64,000 nt of DNA from an uncultured virus (IMG/VR IMGVR_UViG_3300034082_002584) (IMGVR_UViG_3300034082_002584); one strand, 5' to 3'. Numbered from the stretch's first letter, positions 37,325 to 47,714 are shown. Numbers and translations are program-made. Notes: generated by a model not told the origin, from the letters alone.

Positions 37325-37791
37325 CAATAGATAAATTAGATATTAAACAAGTATTGGGTGCAGTAGACAATAGAGATTTTGAATGGATCAATACATTGTC
37401 TGATGAAGATAAAAAGAAATTATCAGTATGGCAAATAATGAGATTTGTTAGCAGTTGCGACTCTTCTAATAAAGAAATAACTCGCCATTATCTTCAAATG
37501 ACTAATGATATTGTTAATACTCATTTCAATTCGTTGAGACTACATCCAGAGTTGCAATTTAGATTATTGCAAGTGTGTGGTATTGGATCAAAACAATACC
37601 ACGCATGGATTGCACCAACTAAAAAAGAAAAAAGTAACAAAGTAAAAAATTGGCTAGAAAGTCAGTTTCCAGAATATAACGATGATGAGATTGATTTGTT
37701 GTTTAGAAATAATACAACAAATGAACTCAAATCATTTGCTATGGAAAAAGGACTACAAGATAAAGAAATATTAGATATATTTGGAAAGTAA
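37318..37791 (+). CDS. clamp loader small subunit-like protein (gp62-like)
   Basis: WQIMRFVS...VN...HPELQFRLL...HAWI pattern; replication context. Confidence 0.5.
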   Translation: MVTIDKLDIKQVLGAVDNRDFEWINTLSDEDKKKLSVWQIMRFVSSCDSSNKEITRHYLQMTNDIVNTHFNSLRLHPELQFRLLQVCGIGSKQYHAWIAPTKKEKSNKVKNWLESQFPEYNDDEIDLLFRNNTTNELKSFAMEKGLQDKEILDIFGK

Positions 37792-38563
37792 TATGTATAC
37801 CTGTGATAAATGTAGTAAATCTTTTACAAGAGAAGGATGGTTTAAGAAACATGTATGTGGTGATACCATTAAAGTCTCTAAAAAAATATCAGTTGAAACA
37901 GAAACGTTTGTGTGTGAATATTGTGATAAATCATTCACTCGTGAAGGATGGCTAGAACGCCATATGTGTGACAAGAAAAAAAGATTTTTTGAAAAAAATG
38001 ATAAAAGTGTAATAGCTGGATTTGCTGCATTTAATTATTGGTATAAAATAGCAATGAATGCAAAAAAAGATAAAACATTTGAACAGTTCAACAGTAGCAG
38101 ATACTACAAATCTTTTGTTAAGTTTGGAGAATACATAGTCACGTCTAAGATAACTGATTGGGAATCATATGTTAGATGGTTATCGCAAAATAATACAAAA
38201 TTGGAAGATTGGGCTAAAGATTCTATAGTAAACCAATTTTATATTATGCTAAACAAAATAGAATCTCCTGATCGTGCAGTTGAAAAATTTATATTAGTTG
38301 CAGAAGATTGGGGAGATAAGACTGGATATCATTGGAGTGATTTCTGGGAGAAAGCAAATCCATATCTTATACTTGACTATATAAAAGAAGGAAAGATAAG
38401 TCCATGGATATTATTCTCATCAATTACTGCACAAGAATTCGTAGATAATTTACCAGACGAAATGGTTCATATTATTATAGAAAATGTAGACGTTGATTTT
38501 TGGAAAAAGAAAACTAAAAATAACAAGGAAGATGTAGAATGGATAAACCAATTACTGCCATAA
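37781..38563 (+). CDS. protein with two zinc-finger repeats
   Basis: CDKCSKSFTREGWFKKHVC and CEYCDKSFTREGWLERHMC. Confidence 0.75.
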   Translation: MESNMYTCDKCSKSFTREGWFKKHVCGDTIKVSKKISVETETFVCEYCDKSFTREGWLERHMCDKKKRFFEKNDKSVIAGFAAFNYWYKIAMNAKKDKTFEQFNSSRYYKSFVKFGEYIVTSKITDWESYVRWLSQNNTKLEDWAKDSIVNQFYIMLNKIESPDRAVEKFILVAEDWGDKTGYHWSDFWEKANPYLILDYIKEGKISPWILFSSITAQEFVDNLPDEMVHIIIENVDVDFWKKKTKNNKEDVEWINQLLP

Positions 38564-39132
38564 TATCAACTGATATTGATATTGATACACCAGATAGAAA
38601 TAGTTTACTAAATCTGTTTCCTCATACTCCTGCTATGATTATTCGTAACAATAGAAAGGTTAAACACAACACTGGTGTTTACTTTCATAAAGTTCCGGTT
38701 GATCCATATACCGGATATTGCAATGTGGACTATGAAACTGCAGAAGATTTAGGATTTTTTAAGTTAGATATTTTGAATTTGAATATTTATAAATCAGTAA
38801 AAAATGAAGAACATCTATTAAAATTAATGAATACAGAACCAGTATGGGAACTATTATCTAGTGAAGAATTTTGTGATATGTTATTTCAATTAAAAGGACA
38901 TCATGGCGTATGTGCAACAATGAAACCAAACTCCATAGAGCAGTTAGCTGCAGTTTTAGCCATGATACGACCATCAAAAAATTATTTAATTGGCAAAGAT
39001 TGGGATACCATATTTGCAGAAGTATGGGTTCCACCAGAAGATGGAAGCTATTATTTTAAAGCATCCCATTCTATAAGTTATGCAATGACAGTGGTTGTTC
39101 ATATGAATTTAATTTGCGAAGAAGTTATGTAG
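38539..39132 (+). CDS. miniature DnaE (Pol III alpha)-like protein
   Basis: DIDID, H.TGV, GFFKLDIL, LAMIRP and FKASHSISYA match DnaE palm/finger motifs. Confidence 0.75.
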   Translation: MDKPITAIISTDIDIDTPDRNSLLNLFPHTPAMIIRNNRKVKHNTGVYFHKVPVDPYTGYCNVDYETAEDLGFFKLDILNLNIYKSVKNEEHLLKLMNTEPVWELLSSEEFCDMLFQLKGHHGVCATMKPNSIEQLAAVLAMIRPSKNYLIGKDWDTIFAEVWVPPEDGSYYFKASHSISYAMTVVVHMNLICEEVM

Positions 39133-39511
39133 TAGGTAATCTTCGTATAAGTTGTATGTTTCTTTTTTTACTTCTTTTAATCAATAAATTTCTTAAAGAA
39201 ACTGAAGGACCATATAATATTTCAAAGTCCTTATTAGAAAAACTCATCAATGAATATTTAAATAATTCAAATCTTTTGCCCATTATAATATTAATTGGTA
39301 AAAGTCGGTTGGTTTCCCACCACCATTCGCTTCCCAATTCTATGAACTTTAGTTTTTCTTCTTCTGTTTTAATTAAATGATAAACGTATATACTTGTTAC
39401 AGTTATATCAGTATTTTGTATAATACCGATATATTCATTTTTTCCACATTGGGCTACGCTTAGAAACGGAAATTTATCCGACAAAATTTTATATTGTTCA
39501 ATGTTAGACAT
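39125..39511 (-). CDS. hypothetical protein
   Basis: 128-aa ORF; FPFLS...EYIGIIQN...WWWETNRLLPIN. Confidence 0.75.
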   Translation of the reverse strand: MSNIEQYKILSDKFPFLSVAQCGKNEYIGIIQNTDITVTSIYVYHLIKTEEEKLKFIELGSEWWWETNRLLPINIIMGKRFELFKYSLMSFSNKDFEILYGPSVSLRNLLIKRSKKRNIQLIRRLPTT

Positions 39512-39559
39512 TATTGTTTTAAATTCCTTTTAATAAATATATCTTATAGGAGTATGCAC

Positions 39560-40333
39560 ATGGCACAACGAGAGATCGCATCTGGATTTATTTATCCACA
39601 AACCGCAACTGTCTTAACTGGGACTACTAGATTTGGAAAAGATGCACATACACCTTTCCGCATATTGAAAGGTGTCGATACTAGTATTCAATTTTTTATA
39701 AAAAGCCAAAACGGTAAAAGTGTAAAGTTAAGAAATAAAACTTTTTTTGCAACTATAATCAAGGCAACCGATAAAGATATATTAGTTTCAAAAGAAATGA
39801 AAGTTGTCGATACAGAAAATGGAATAGCAAAATTAGTAATAACTGCAAATGATACTATACTATTTAACGTAGGATATTACGATCTTGTAATTCAGGTCAG
39901 AGAAGATTCTGGTGAAATAACACCTCTATATAATAATAGTACTTATCAACAAAAATATTCATTAGAATTGATGGATAATTATATAGATATTTCGCCAAAT
40001 GTATATGAAGTAACTAATTTTTCATTGGATAATACATTCTATTATAGTGATAAAATCGCAGGAACTGCACAAAATCAAAGTACGTTTGGTGTTTCGACTA
40101 TCGCAATATATGGAAATAATTATGTTGGTAAAGTTGGAGTAGAAGCTACACTTGAAAGCACTCCAACATATCGAAGCTGGTTCCCAATTGACTTGGACAG
40201 AGTTAAAGGAAAAGTAGAATATAACGGATTAACTGGCATTGAACCATATGTATTTGAAGGTAAGTTTTTTTGGATAAGATTTGTACTAAGCAAGACATCA
40301 GGAAGCATTGACAAAATTCTCTATTCATGCTAA
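39560..40333 (+). CDS. probable structural protein, beta-rich (BppU-like)
   Basis: AGGAG RBS; AATAAATA at 39532; beta-strand-rich sequence. Confidence 0.6.
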   Translation: MAQREIASGFIYPQTATVLTGTTRFGKDAHTPFRILKGVDTSIQFFIKSQNGKSVKLRNKTFFATIIKATDKDILVSKEMKVVDTENGIAKLVITANDTILFNVGYYDLVIQVREDSGEITPLYNNSTYQQKYSLELMDNYIDISPNVYEVTNFSLDNTFYYSDKIAGTAQNQSTFGVSTIAIYGNNYVGKVGVEATLESTPTYRSWFPIDLDRVKGKVEYNGLTGIEPYVFEGKFFWIRFVLSKTSGSIDKILYSC

Positions 40334-40342
40334 TATCAGCCT

Positions 40343-41362
40343 ATGAATCATCCTTTTACTCAATTTATAATCAAAACGATTCCATATGGATGGAAACCGA
40401 CTTCTGGCGGATGGGTAAGTGGCAACTGTCCTGTATGTGTATTCAATGGTGAACCACGTCCTGATACAAAAAGACGTGGTGGATTCCATATTGAAAATGA
40501 TATAGTTGCATATCATTGCTTTAATTGTAATTATCATTGTGGATGGAATCCAACAACTGCTATTCATAAAAAACTAGAAAACTTATTAGTATATCTTGGT
40601 GCAGATAGAAATGAAATTAAAAAATATGCACTTATGATATTTGCCAACAAAGGCGAAGCTACTGTTGAAAAATATGTAAAGCCAGAGTGGCAAAAAATAA
40701 TAAAAACATGGACTCCAATAGAATTACCCAATAATTCGAAAAAGCTATTTGAGATTGAAGATATAGAAATTGACTCTCAACCATACAATTCTATATTATA
40801 TCTAAATGATAGAGAGTTATGTTTTCATCAAGACTGGTATTATAGTGATTACAAAAGTATAGGAAAAGATTTTTCCAAACGAGTTATCTTGCCATTGAGA
40901 TATAAGAAACAAATAGTTGGATATGCGGCGAGAGTAGTAGGAAATAAAAAACCATCTGAACCAAAATATTTGATAAATGTTCCCAAAGATTATGTGTTTA
41001 ATTTGGATAATCAAACATATAATAAAAAGTATGTGTTTGTAACCGAAGGATATTTTGATGCATTGATGGTAGATGGTGTTGCGATAGGAAGTAATGCATT
41101 AAGTGATATACAAGCAGATATCATTGAATCTTTGGGTAAAAATATAATAGTAATACCAGATAAGAACGAAGCTGGAAAAAAATTAGTAAATGCTGCGATT
41201 GAACGAGGATGGGGAATATCTTTCCCACCATGGGAAAACGACATAATAGATGTAAACGATTCAGTTAACAGATATGGTAGACTTTTCACTGTTCGTACAG
41301 CCTTGCAATTCGCAGTAGAAAATAGATTAGAATCAAAAATAAAAGCACAACTATGGTGCTAA
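40343..41362 (+). CDS. DNA primase (gp61-like)
   Basis: Zn motif CPVC...HCFNC; TOPRIM VTEGYFDA, PDKNEAG and DVND. Confidence 0.9.
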   Translation: MNHPFTQFIIKTIPYGWKPTSGGWVSGNCPVCVFNGEPRPDTKRRGGFHIENDIVAYHCFNCNYHCGWNPTTAIHKKLENLLVYLGADRNEIKKYALMIFANKGEATVEKYVKPEWQKIIKTWTPIELPNNSKKLFEIEDIEIDSQPYNSILYLNDRELCFHQDWYYSDYKSIGKDFSKRVILPLRYKKQIVGYAARVVGNKKPSEPKYLINVPKDYVFNLDNQTYNKKYVFVTEGYFDALMVDGVAIGSNALSDIQADIIESLGKNIIVIPDKNEAGKKLVNAAIERGWGISFPPWENDIIDVNDSVNRYGRLFTVRTALQFAVENRLESKIKAQLWC

Positions 41363-41371
41363 AGGAAAAAA

Positions 41372-42751
41372 ATGTCAGAAGAATACTCACTAGATTTACA
41401 AAAGCTTTTTATAGAGTTTATGCAAAATGACCATGATCTTTTTGTAAGATGTAATAATATTACACGTCCTAGCTTTTTTGATAGACAACTAAGATCAGCA
41501 GTTCGGTTTATTCAAGAACATTCGCAAGAATATAGTAGTATGCCTTCTTCACAACAAATAAAGGCAAAAACAGGATTGGAGTTGTCAGGTATTACTGATG
41601 ATATTGAATCACATAAAAAATGGTTTCTTGATGAATATGAAAAATTTTGCAGACATAAAGCTCTCGAAGAAGCAATCATTGAAAGTATGGAAAAACTTAA
41701 AAAGCACGAATATGGTGCAGTTGAACACCTTATAAAAGAAGCGGTGTCAATCGGTTTGGCGAAACAAATCGGGATGGATTATTGGAGCAACCCATTGGAA
41801 AGACTTAAAGATATACAAAATAATAAGCCTGCTATCTCAACAGGATGGAAATCTATCGACGCAATTTTATATGGTGGCTTTGAACGTGGAACATTGAATA
41901 TTTTTGCAGCACCATCTGGACATGGTAAAAGCCTTTTCTTGCAAAACATATCACTAAACTGGGCATTAGATGGATATAATGTAATATATGTTAGCTTAGA
42001 ACTTAGTGAAAAGTTGTGTTCAATGCGTTTCGATAGTATGCTAACAGGATACGGAACCAGAGAATTATTCAAAAACATTGATGACGTTACATTGAAATTA
42101 GGAATGATTTCAAAAAAGGCAGGAAGTTTGCAAATTGTGCAATTGCCTAATGGCATTACTGTTAACGACATTAGAGCATATGTAAAAGAATATACTATTC
42201 AAACTGGCAAAAAAGTAGATGCATTGGTGATAGATTATCTTGATCTTATGATGCCAGCTAAACAAAAAGTTTCATTAAGTGATGTATCACTAAAAGATAA
42301 ATTAGTTAGTGAAGAATTAAGAAACTTGTTTATTGAAGGTGATTATCTTAGTGCTACTGCATCACAAATTAATCGTCAAGGTTTAGATGAGCCAGAATAT
42401 GGAATGGGAACTATTGCTGGTGGTTTGACTAAAATTTATACCAGTGACAATGCTATTGGTATTCATGCTAATAGAGCGATGAAAGAGCGTGGTCGTATTC
42501 AAATTGAATTCATGAAAACTCGTAGTAGTGGCGGCGAAGGTAAAAAAGTTGATTTGGCATATGATATTCAATGTATGCGTATTTTAGATTTACCTGATGA
42601 TCAAGCCGATGTTGATATTAGTAATAACAGTGGAATTTATCAAAAGATAAAAGAAAAGCAAAGCGGATCATTGTCTGACCAAGCTGCTGCAAAAATTCCT
42701 CAACGAATTGATGCAGATAGACTCCGTAATATATTGAAAAGAGCAGAATAA
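41372..42751 (+). CDS. replicative DnaB-family helicase (gp41-like)
   Basis: APSGHGKS, SLEL, IDYLDL, ASQINR and KTR motifs. Confidence 0.92.
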   Translation: MSEEYSLDLQKLFIEFMQNDHDLFVRCNNITRPSFFDRQLRSAVRFIQEHSQEYSSMPSSQQIKAKTGLELSGITDDIESHKKWFLDEYEKFCRHKALEEAIIESMEKLKKHEYGAVEHLIKEAVSIGLAKQIGMDYWSNPLERLKDIQNNKPAISTGWKSIDAILYGGFERGTLNIFAAPSGHGKSLFLQNISLNWALDGYNVIYVSLELSEKLCSMRFDSMLTGYGTRELFKNIDDVTLKLGMISKKAGSLQIVQLPNGITVNDIRAYVKEYTIQTGKKVDALVIDYLDLMMPAKQKVSLSDVSLKDKLVSEELRNLFIEGDYLSATASQINRQGLDEPEYGMGTIAGGLTKIYTSDNAIGIHANRAMKERGRIQIEFMKTRSSGGEGKKVDLAYDIQCMRILDLPDDQADVDISNNSGIYQKIKEKQSGSLSDQAAAKIPQRIDADRLRNILKRAE

Positions 42752-42794
42752 TCTTGACACGGATAAATAGATATGCTATATATGGGGTAATGTT

Positions 42795-43073
42795 ATGAGA
42801 AAAAAGACTCGATCAATATTAGAAGAGTTAGACAGTATTGGAAAATACTATGACAAAAAACAAATAATTGAAAATACTGCAAAAAATCTTATAGCAAGTG
42901 CTACGAATTTAATATCTTTGATAAAAGAAACTTATGGAGAAGAAACTTCTTCTGATCTTGAAAAACGTTTTTTTAGTAGTATAAGAACTGGCGATGAAAA
43001 GAAATTTATTAGAGGCATAAGAAAAGTAGATGAAGACCCAGACGATAGCAAAACAACCAACGTGGAAACTTGA
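42795..43073 (+). CDS. hypothetical protein
   Basis: 92-aa ORF; promoter-like elements upstream. Confidence 0.7.
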   Translation: MRKKTRSILEELDSIGKYYDKKQIIENTAKNLIASATNLISLIKETYGEETSSDLEKRFFSSIRTGDEKKFIRGIRKVDEDPDDSKTTNVET

Positions 43074-43917
43074 AAATGGGTCTATGCCCAATGCTGGCGT
43101 AATACACATAAGCGACATAAATTCAACTCTACAAATGCTTGAGACATATTTAAAAATTGACTTAATTAATAATACAATTGGTAGTGTGGGAAAAAGAATA
43201 TATTCTGGTGACATAGATATTGCGTTAGAAAATACCGATCCTAACTTTATTGACGACATGATAGCCAAACTAAAAACAATCCCTGAAGTAATTAATGTTA
43301 AAAAAACATCTGTCATTATGACAACTATAAAAATACCTAATTGGAATTCAAAAAAATATATAGGTGTTAATGGGACAGGATTTGTTCAAGTAGATTTTAT
43401 GTTTGGACATGATGTAGATTTATTAAAGCTATTTTATCATAGCCCATTAGAAAGCGAAAGCAAGTATAAAGGCGTTTATAGAAATATCCTTTTAGGTGCT
43501 ATTGCTCATTTCTATAATAGAAAATTTAGTGAAGAACTTATAATTAAAGATATACCAACATACGAAGAAAGATACTTTTGGTCTGCACAACTTGGATTAT
43601 ATAGAGGAAGATCATACGCAATATTATCAAGTGATAAAAATAATGTATTAAAGAAAAAGATCAATTCATCAATGCAAAATTATCTCGATTGTAGTAATAC
43701 AGCAATAAAAGTGGCAAAAGAATTAAAACTTTCTGGTCCAGATAGTCTTTATAGCTTTGAAACTTTGTATAATGATATAAATACAAGATATAATAGTGAA
43801 CTATTATTTCTAATATATGATGAATTTATTAATAATAGATATGTCAAGGAAATGGGAATACCAGTTGAACTACAAGATTTTATAAGGACCAAACATCATG
43901 GATTTGTCATTCGTTAA
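43030..43917 (+). CDS. Pol-beta-superfamily nucleotidyltransferase
   Basis: GSVGK..SGDIDI and distal VQVDFM. Confidence 0.7.
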   Translation: MKTQTIAKQPTWKLENGSMPNAGVIHISDINSTLQMLETYLKIDLINNTIGSVGKRIYSGDIDIALENTDPNFIDDMIAKLKTIPEVINVKKTSVIMTTIKIPNWNSKKYIGVNGTGFVQVDFMFGHDVDLLKLFYHSPLESESKYKGVYRNILLGAIAHFYNRKFSEELIIKDIPTYEERYFWSAQLGLYRGRSYAILSSDKNNVLKKKINSSMQNYLDCSNTAIKVAKELKLSGPDSLYSFETLYNDINTRYNSELLFLIYDEFINNRYVKEMGIPVELQDFIRTKHHGFVIR

Positions 43918-44587
43918 AGACTTAAATGAAAGCAGCCAATACAGAACTAGATTTTCTCTTGCAAATGTAACCCCACGGGTAATTGCAGACCATGCATTTA
44001 TTGATATGATAACCTTATGGATATTATATAATGAATATGATTATGCACCAACCTCAGTTGAATACGCAAGAAAAACACTAATGTTTGGAAACTTTGATAT
44101 GTATCGTCAGAGTTCTACTGATTTATACATGACCCTTCATATATTAATTTCAAAAAATTTATCTCTTGTTAAGCATGATGAATCAGCTAAACTGTTTTTT
44201 CAAAGAATATATTTAAATCCTACTATAATTAATGTATTTTTGAAGAAAATAACAAATAACTCATTGGTTTCATTATCCGCTAGACAAGTATTACAAAAAT
44301 TAGAACGTGAATTAAAAATTGAAGATAGTAATTATAGAAGCATAAGACGACTTGCACAAAATTGGGGATTTTTAACAAATATTCAAAAATCATTGGTAAT
44401 TACAAAAATACTTCAATTTTACAATGCTCATGCAAGCAGAAGCGAACTTATGTCAGTTTTAAGTGACTTGGCAGAAGTAAAAGGATTTATAATTGATGAT
44501 GCAGATATACAAATGAATCAAAATAATGATATAACTTCTGTATCCAAATTAGCTACATTAGGTGTAACAAAATACAATAAGGAATAA
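43898..44587 (+). CDS. hypothetical protein, probably virion
   Basis: 229-aa ORF; MDLSFVKDLNE N-terminus. Confidence 0.7.
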   Translation: MDLSFVKDLNESSQYRTRFSLANVTPRVIADHAFIDMITLWILYNEYDYAPTSVEYARKTLMFGNFDMYRQSSTDLYMTLHILISKNLSLVKHDESAKLFFQRIYLNPTIINVFLKKITNNSLVSLSARQVLQKLERELKIEDSNYRSIRRLAQNWGFLTNIQKSLVITKILQFYNAHASRSELMSVLSDLAEVKGFIIDDADIQMNQNNDITSVSKLATLGVTKYNKE

Positions 44588-44591
44588 CTTT

Positions 44592-45068
44592 ATGCCATTG
44601 CCTACCTCTAGAGGTGAATGGACTACCGATATTACATCTACAGAAGAACTAGACAACTTTACTGTATATACATTGGTAGACATAACCAATACTGAAATCA
44701 CAGACCCAGACTTATTCGATACATTAGAATACAACCAATATCAAAATTTAAATACTATATTACAAGTTGTTGGAATGAGAACGCAGCCAATAGTTATTAG
44801 CGTAATTGCTAAAAAATCTGCAAATCTAAAAAACTTTAAATTTGGCTCACAATATTCTGGAAAACATAGTGTATGGATTATAAAATTTTCAAGCGAATAT
44901 AAAGATGCATGGCTAAAAGAAAATGATCCAAGCTTCTTTTTAAAAAAAGACATTGATGGAATTGCATATATTTCTTCATTAGAAGAAACTGTAAAATTCG
45001 ATGTTGATATATTTAATACTAGTTCAGTTAAATATAAAAATATATACTTTGAAAACAACAACATATAA
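44592..45068 (+). CDS. hypothetical protein
   Basis: 158-aa ORF; AAGGA RBS. Confidence 0.7.
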   Translation: MPLPTSRGEWTTDITSTEELDNFTVYTLVDITNTEITDPDLFDTLEYNQYQNLNTILQVVGMRTQPIVISVIAKKSANLKNFKFGSQYSGKHSVWIIKFSSEYKDAWLKENDPSFFLKKDIDGIAYISSLEETVKFDVDIFNTSSVKYKNIYFENNNI

Positions 45069-45156
45069 TATATAAAGTTTATTTTTGTATTAATACAAGT
45101 AAATAATGGTGGATAGATTTATTCACCATAAAATAACCGTTACTTGGAGAGGCATT

Positions 45157-45408
45157 ATGGAATTTGATTATAAGGAATTGTCTGAGTTAAAAACAGAAAT
45201 CGCTGTTATAAAAGAAAGACAAAAAACAATTGATGAACGTCTTATTGAATTACTGACTCAAAATAAAACGATGACAGATGAATTAAAAGCATATAGAGAA
45301 GAAGCGACTAGACCCAGTAAGGAATTAACGACAACATTAATTCGATCATCTGCTATGGTTATTGCTTCATTGTTTGCAGCATTGATGTCAATTATTTTTA
45401 TGCAATAA
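45157..45408 (+). CDS. coiled-coil protein with C-terminal TM, paralogue of next gene
   Basis: LKTEIAVIKER; hydrophobic tail; GGAG before ATG 45157. Confidence 0.7.
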   Translation: MEFDYKELSELKTEIAVIKERQKTIDERLIELLTQNKTMTDELKAYREEATRPSKELTTTLIRSSAMVIASLFAALMSIIFMQ

Positions 45409-45422
45409 CTTGGAGAAATAAA

Positions 45423-45716
45423 ATGGGAAATTTGGAAGATATCGTAGAGCTAAAAGATCAGGCTAGTGAATTTCAAAAAAATATTCATGACATAAAAGTA
45501 GATGTAGCAATAATAAAAGAAAAATACAATCATATGAATGACCGAGTTTTAAAGATTGATGAAAATTTTTCCGAATTAGTATCTACTGTATATACTATGC
45601 GGAATGAAAATACAGAACAGCATAAGTCTATGATTAAGGCTTTAATTGCAGCATCTGCAACTATTAGTGCAAGTTTTATCGGAGCAATTGGATTAATAAT
45701 TTCTGTATTGTTGTGA
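45423..45716 (+). CDS. coiled-coil protein with C-terminal TM
   Basis: IKVDVAIIKEK; hydrophobic tail; GGAG RBS. Confidence 0.7.
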   Translation: MGNLEDIVELKDQASEFQKNIHDIKVDVAIIKEKYNHMNDRVLKIDENFSELVSTVYTMRNENTEQHKSMIKALIAASATISASFIGAIGLIISVLL

Positions 45717-45754
45717 TAAATAAACTTATATAAGCATAGGAACGGTAATAGAAG

Positions 45755-46195
45755 ATGAAAAAACCAACGAAAAAAAATAAACCAAGTGCTTCTTCGAAAT
45801 TTTCTTACATTTTGAAGAAGCACTTTAATCTTGACTATACCGATAATGATTTAAAAAATGCATTAGAAAATATGGGTATTTCTGATATAGTTTCACTAGA
45901 CATTGCTATCGAAAATAAAGATATAAATTCTATAAAAGAAATATTCAATAAGACTATTCAGCTAGAATATACTATACCTAATAGAGCAAATTTACCATCG
46001 GCTGCACAGAATAGACCATCTGTTTCAACTTCAAAAACTACAACTAAACCAATCGGTAGTTTGAATTCTACAGAATTCAATGCACAACAAAAATTAGATA
46101 CCGAAAAAGAAAAAAAAGATCAAGAATTACAAAATGAAATAAAATCTAAAGAAGAAGAATTAGAAACTATTAAAAGATTAGCAGGAATAAAATGA
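45755..46195 (+). CDS. probable head-associated protein
   Basis: ends IKRLAGIK; GATAAATA upstream. Confidence 0.65.
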   Translation: MKKPTKKNKPSASSKFSYILKKHFNLDYTDNDLKNALENMGISDIVSLDIAIENKDINSIKEIFNKTIQLEYTIPNRANLPSAAQNRPSVSTSKTTTKPIGSLNSTEFNAQQKLDTEKEKKDQELQNEIKSKEEELETIKRLAGIK

Positions 46196-46395
46196 GAACA
46201 ATAACTGGAATCGGTGGTATTTCTTTATTTTTAAACAATAAAGAATGGGATTTGATACAAGATAAATCAGAAGTATTCTTGCGTTCATCTTTGAAAGATG
46301 ATCAAAAATATCTGGCTAGTCAAATGCATAGACGAGGAATATTAACTGCGTCTAGAGTAGATGGCGATATTAAATACAAATTGAATAAAAATTAA
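46192..46395 (+). CDS. small hypothetical protein
   Basis: ATGA overlap with the previous gene. Confidence 0.65.
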   Translation: MRTITGIGGISLFLNNKEWDLIQDKSEVFLRSSLKDDQKYLASQMHRRGILTASRVDGDIKYKLNKN

Positions 46396-46396
46396 T

Positions 46397-46879
46397 ATGA
46401 TTAACATAACATATAATATATTTGAAGAATTGGTAGAAAATGCCATAAATGATATAGTTTCAGAAAGTAACTATAACAATAATTTAAAATTAGCTTCATT
46501 AACCAAAATTGAAAATGGAAATATTACAGTTGGTGACTATACTATTAATAAAAAAATTATTAGTTTATGGGGAGTAAAAAAATCATTTTATGATGTCTCC
46601 TGCGATAATAGATTAGAAGTAGAAAATATTGGTTCTAGTCTATTATTATTTAAAATATTATTAAAATTATTAGACAATCGAACAATAACTGAAAATGATC
46701 CATTGCCAATACTTAATGCAAGATATGTAGGAATTATATCAGATGCCTTATATTATAAATCAAGATTATTAAGTAATGGTTACAAAAGTGATACTACTAA
46801 AAATGTGTATCAAGCAAAATATGAAGGTTGTATAGATGCACTTCATCGAGTCAACGAACAAATTAATAAAATTTCATAA
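46397..46879 (+). CDS. hypothetical protein
   Basis: 160-aa ORF in operon. Confidence 0.65.
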   Translation: MINITYNIFEELVENAINDIVSESNYNNNLKLASLTKIENGNITVGDYTINKKIISLWGVKKSFYDVSCDNRLEVENIGSSLLLFKILLKLLDNRTITENDPLPILNARYVGIISDALYYKSRLLSNGYKSDTTKNVYQAKYEGCIDALHRVNEQINKIS

Positions 46880-46910
46880 ATAATAGAAATAAACATATTG
46901 GAGAACAGAA

Positions 46911-47705
46911 ATGTTTTTAGAAGATTTTGACACCCCCGCACAACGTTTTGGAAAAATCCAAAACTATTTGAGAGAAAATTATAATTGTGAAATTGCACCC
47001 GACACTTTGACATATTCTCGCGTAAATCATTTACTAAAAGAAACGAAAGAAAAACTTTCGAAGTTAGATGAAAAGAAAAATGCAAAAGAATATGCAAAAT
47101 TACAAATAATCTCAGAAGGTTTAAAGCTTTGGAAACTTGCCCCAGTGCAAACTGAATTGACTAGTCCTGCTATTAGAGAAGCATTAGATGATAGCAATAT
47201 GGAAGAAGCAAAAGTTATTATTGCTGCTGAAGAAATGACAGATAAACTACAAAAAATGATTGAAGACTTGGCAGAAATGCAAGTTCAGCAATTAATTCCA
47301 ATTATAGATGCAATGAAAGCAGAAATTGGAAATGCAGAAGCCAGCCAATTTAATGACGTTGTTGATGGTTCATTGGGTGAATTGTTAGATTTGGCTAAGT
47401 CAACAAAAGACAAGCTAACAACTGCTATACAAGTAGCAAGCGGTCAGCAATCAGGCAACGACATGGGTGCAGACATTAACCCAGAAGATGAATTTGGAAT
47501 GCCAAGTGATATCGAATTAGGTGGCGAACCAGATCAATTCGCAGGTGACGATGCTGCAGCGGGCGATATGGGTCCAGAAGGCAGAACAATGAAAGGCGAA
47601 AGCATTAATTACATGAGTGCATTGTCTGAAGTAAAATCTGCAATGAAAAATGGAAAAATTTCTAAAGTTGCATTAGAAAATGTAATAAGCAGAATTAAAA
47701 AGTAA
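46911..47705 (+). CDS. probable prohead core/scaffold-like protein
   Basis: helical and acidic; CATAAATA upstream; GGAG RBS. Confidence 0.55.
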   Translation: MFLEDFDTPAQRFGKIQNYLRENYNCEIAPDTLTYSRVNHLLKETKEKLSKLDEKKNAKEYAKLQIISEGLKLWKLAPVQTELTSPAIREALDDSNMEEAKVIIAAEEMTDKLQKMIEDLAEMQVQQLIPIIDAMKAEIGNAEASQFNDVVDGSLGELLDLAKSTKDKLTTAIQVASGQQSGNDMGADINPEDEFGMPSDIELGGEPDQFAGDDAAAGDMGPEGRTMKGESINYMSALSEVKSAMKNGKISKVALENVISRIKK

Positions 47706-47714
47706 GAGAAATAT

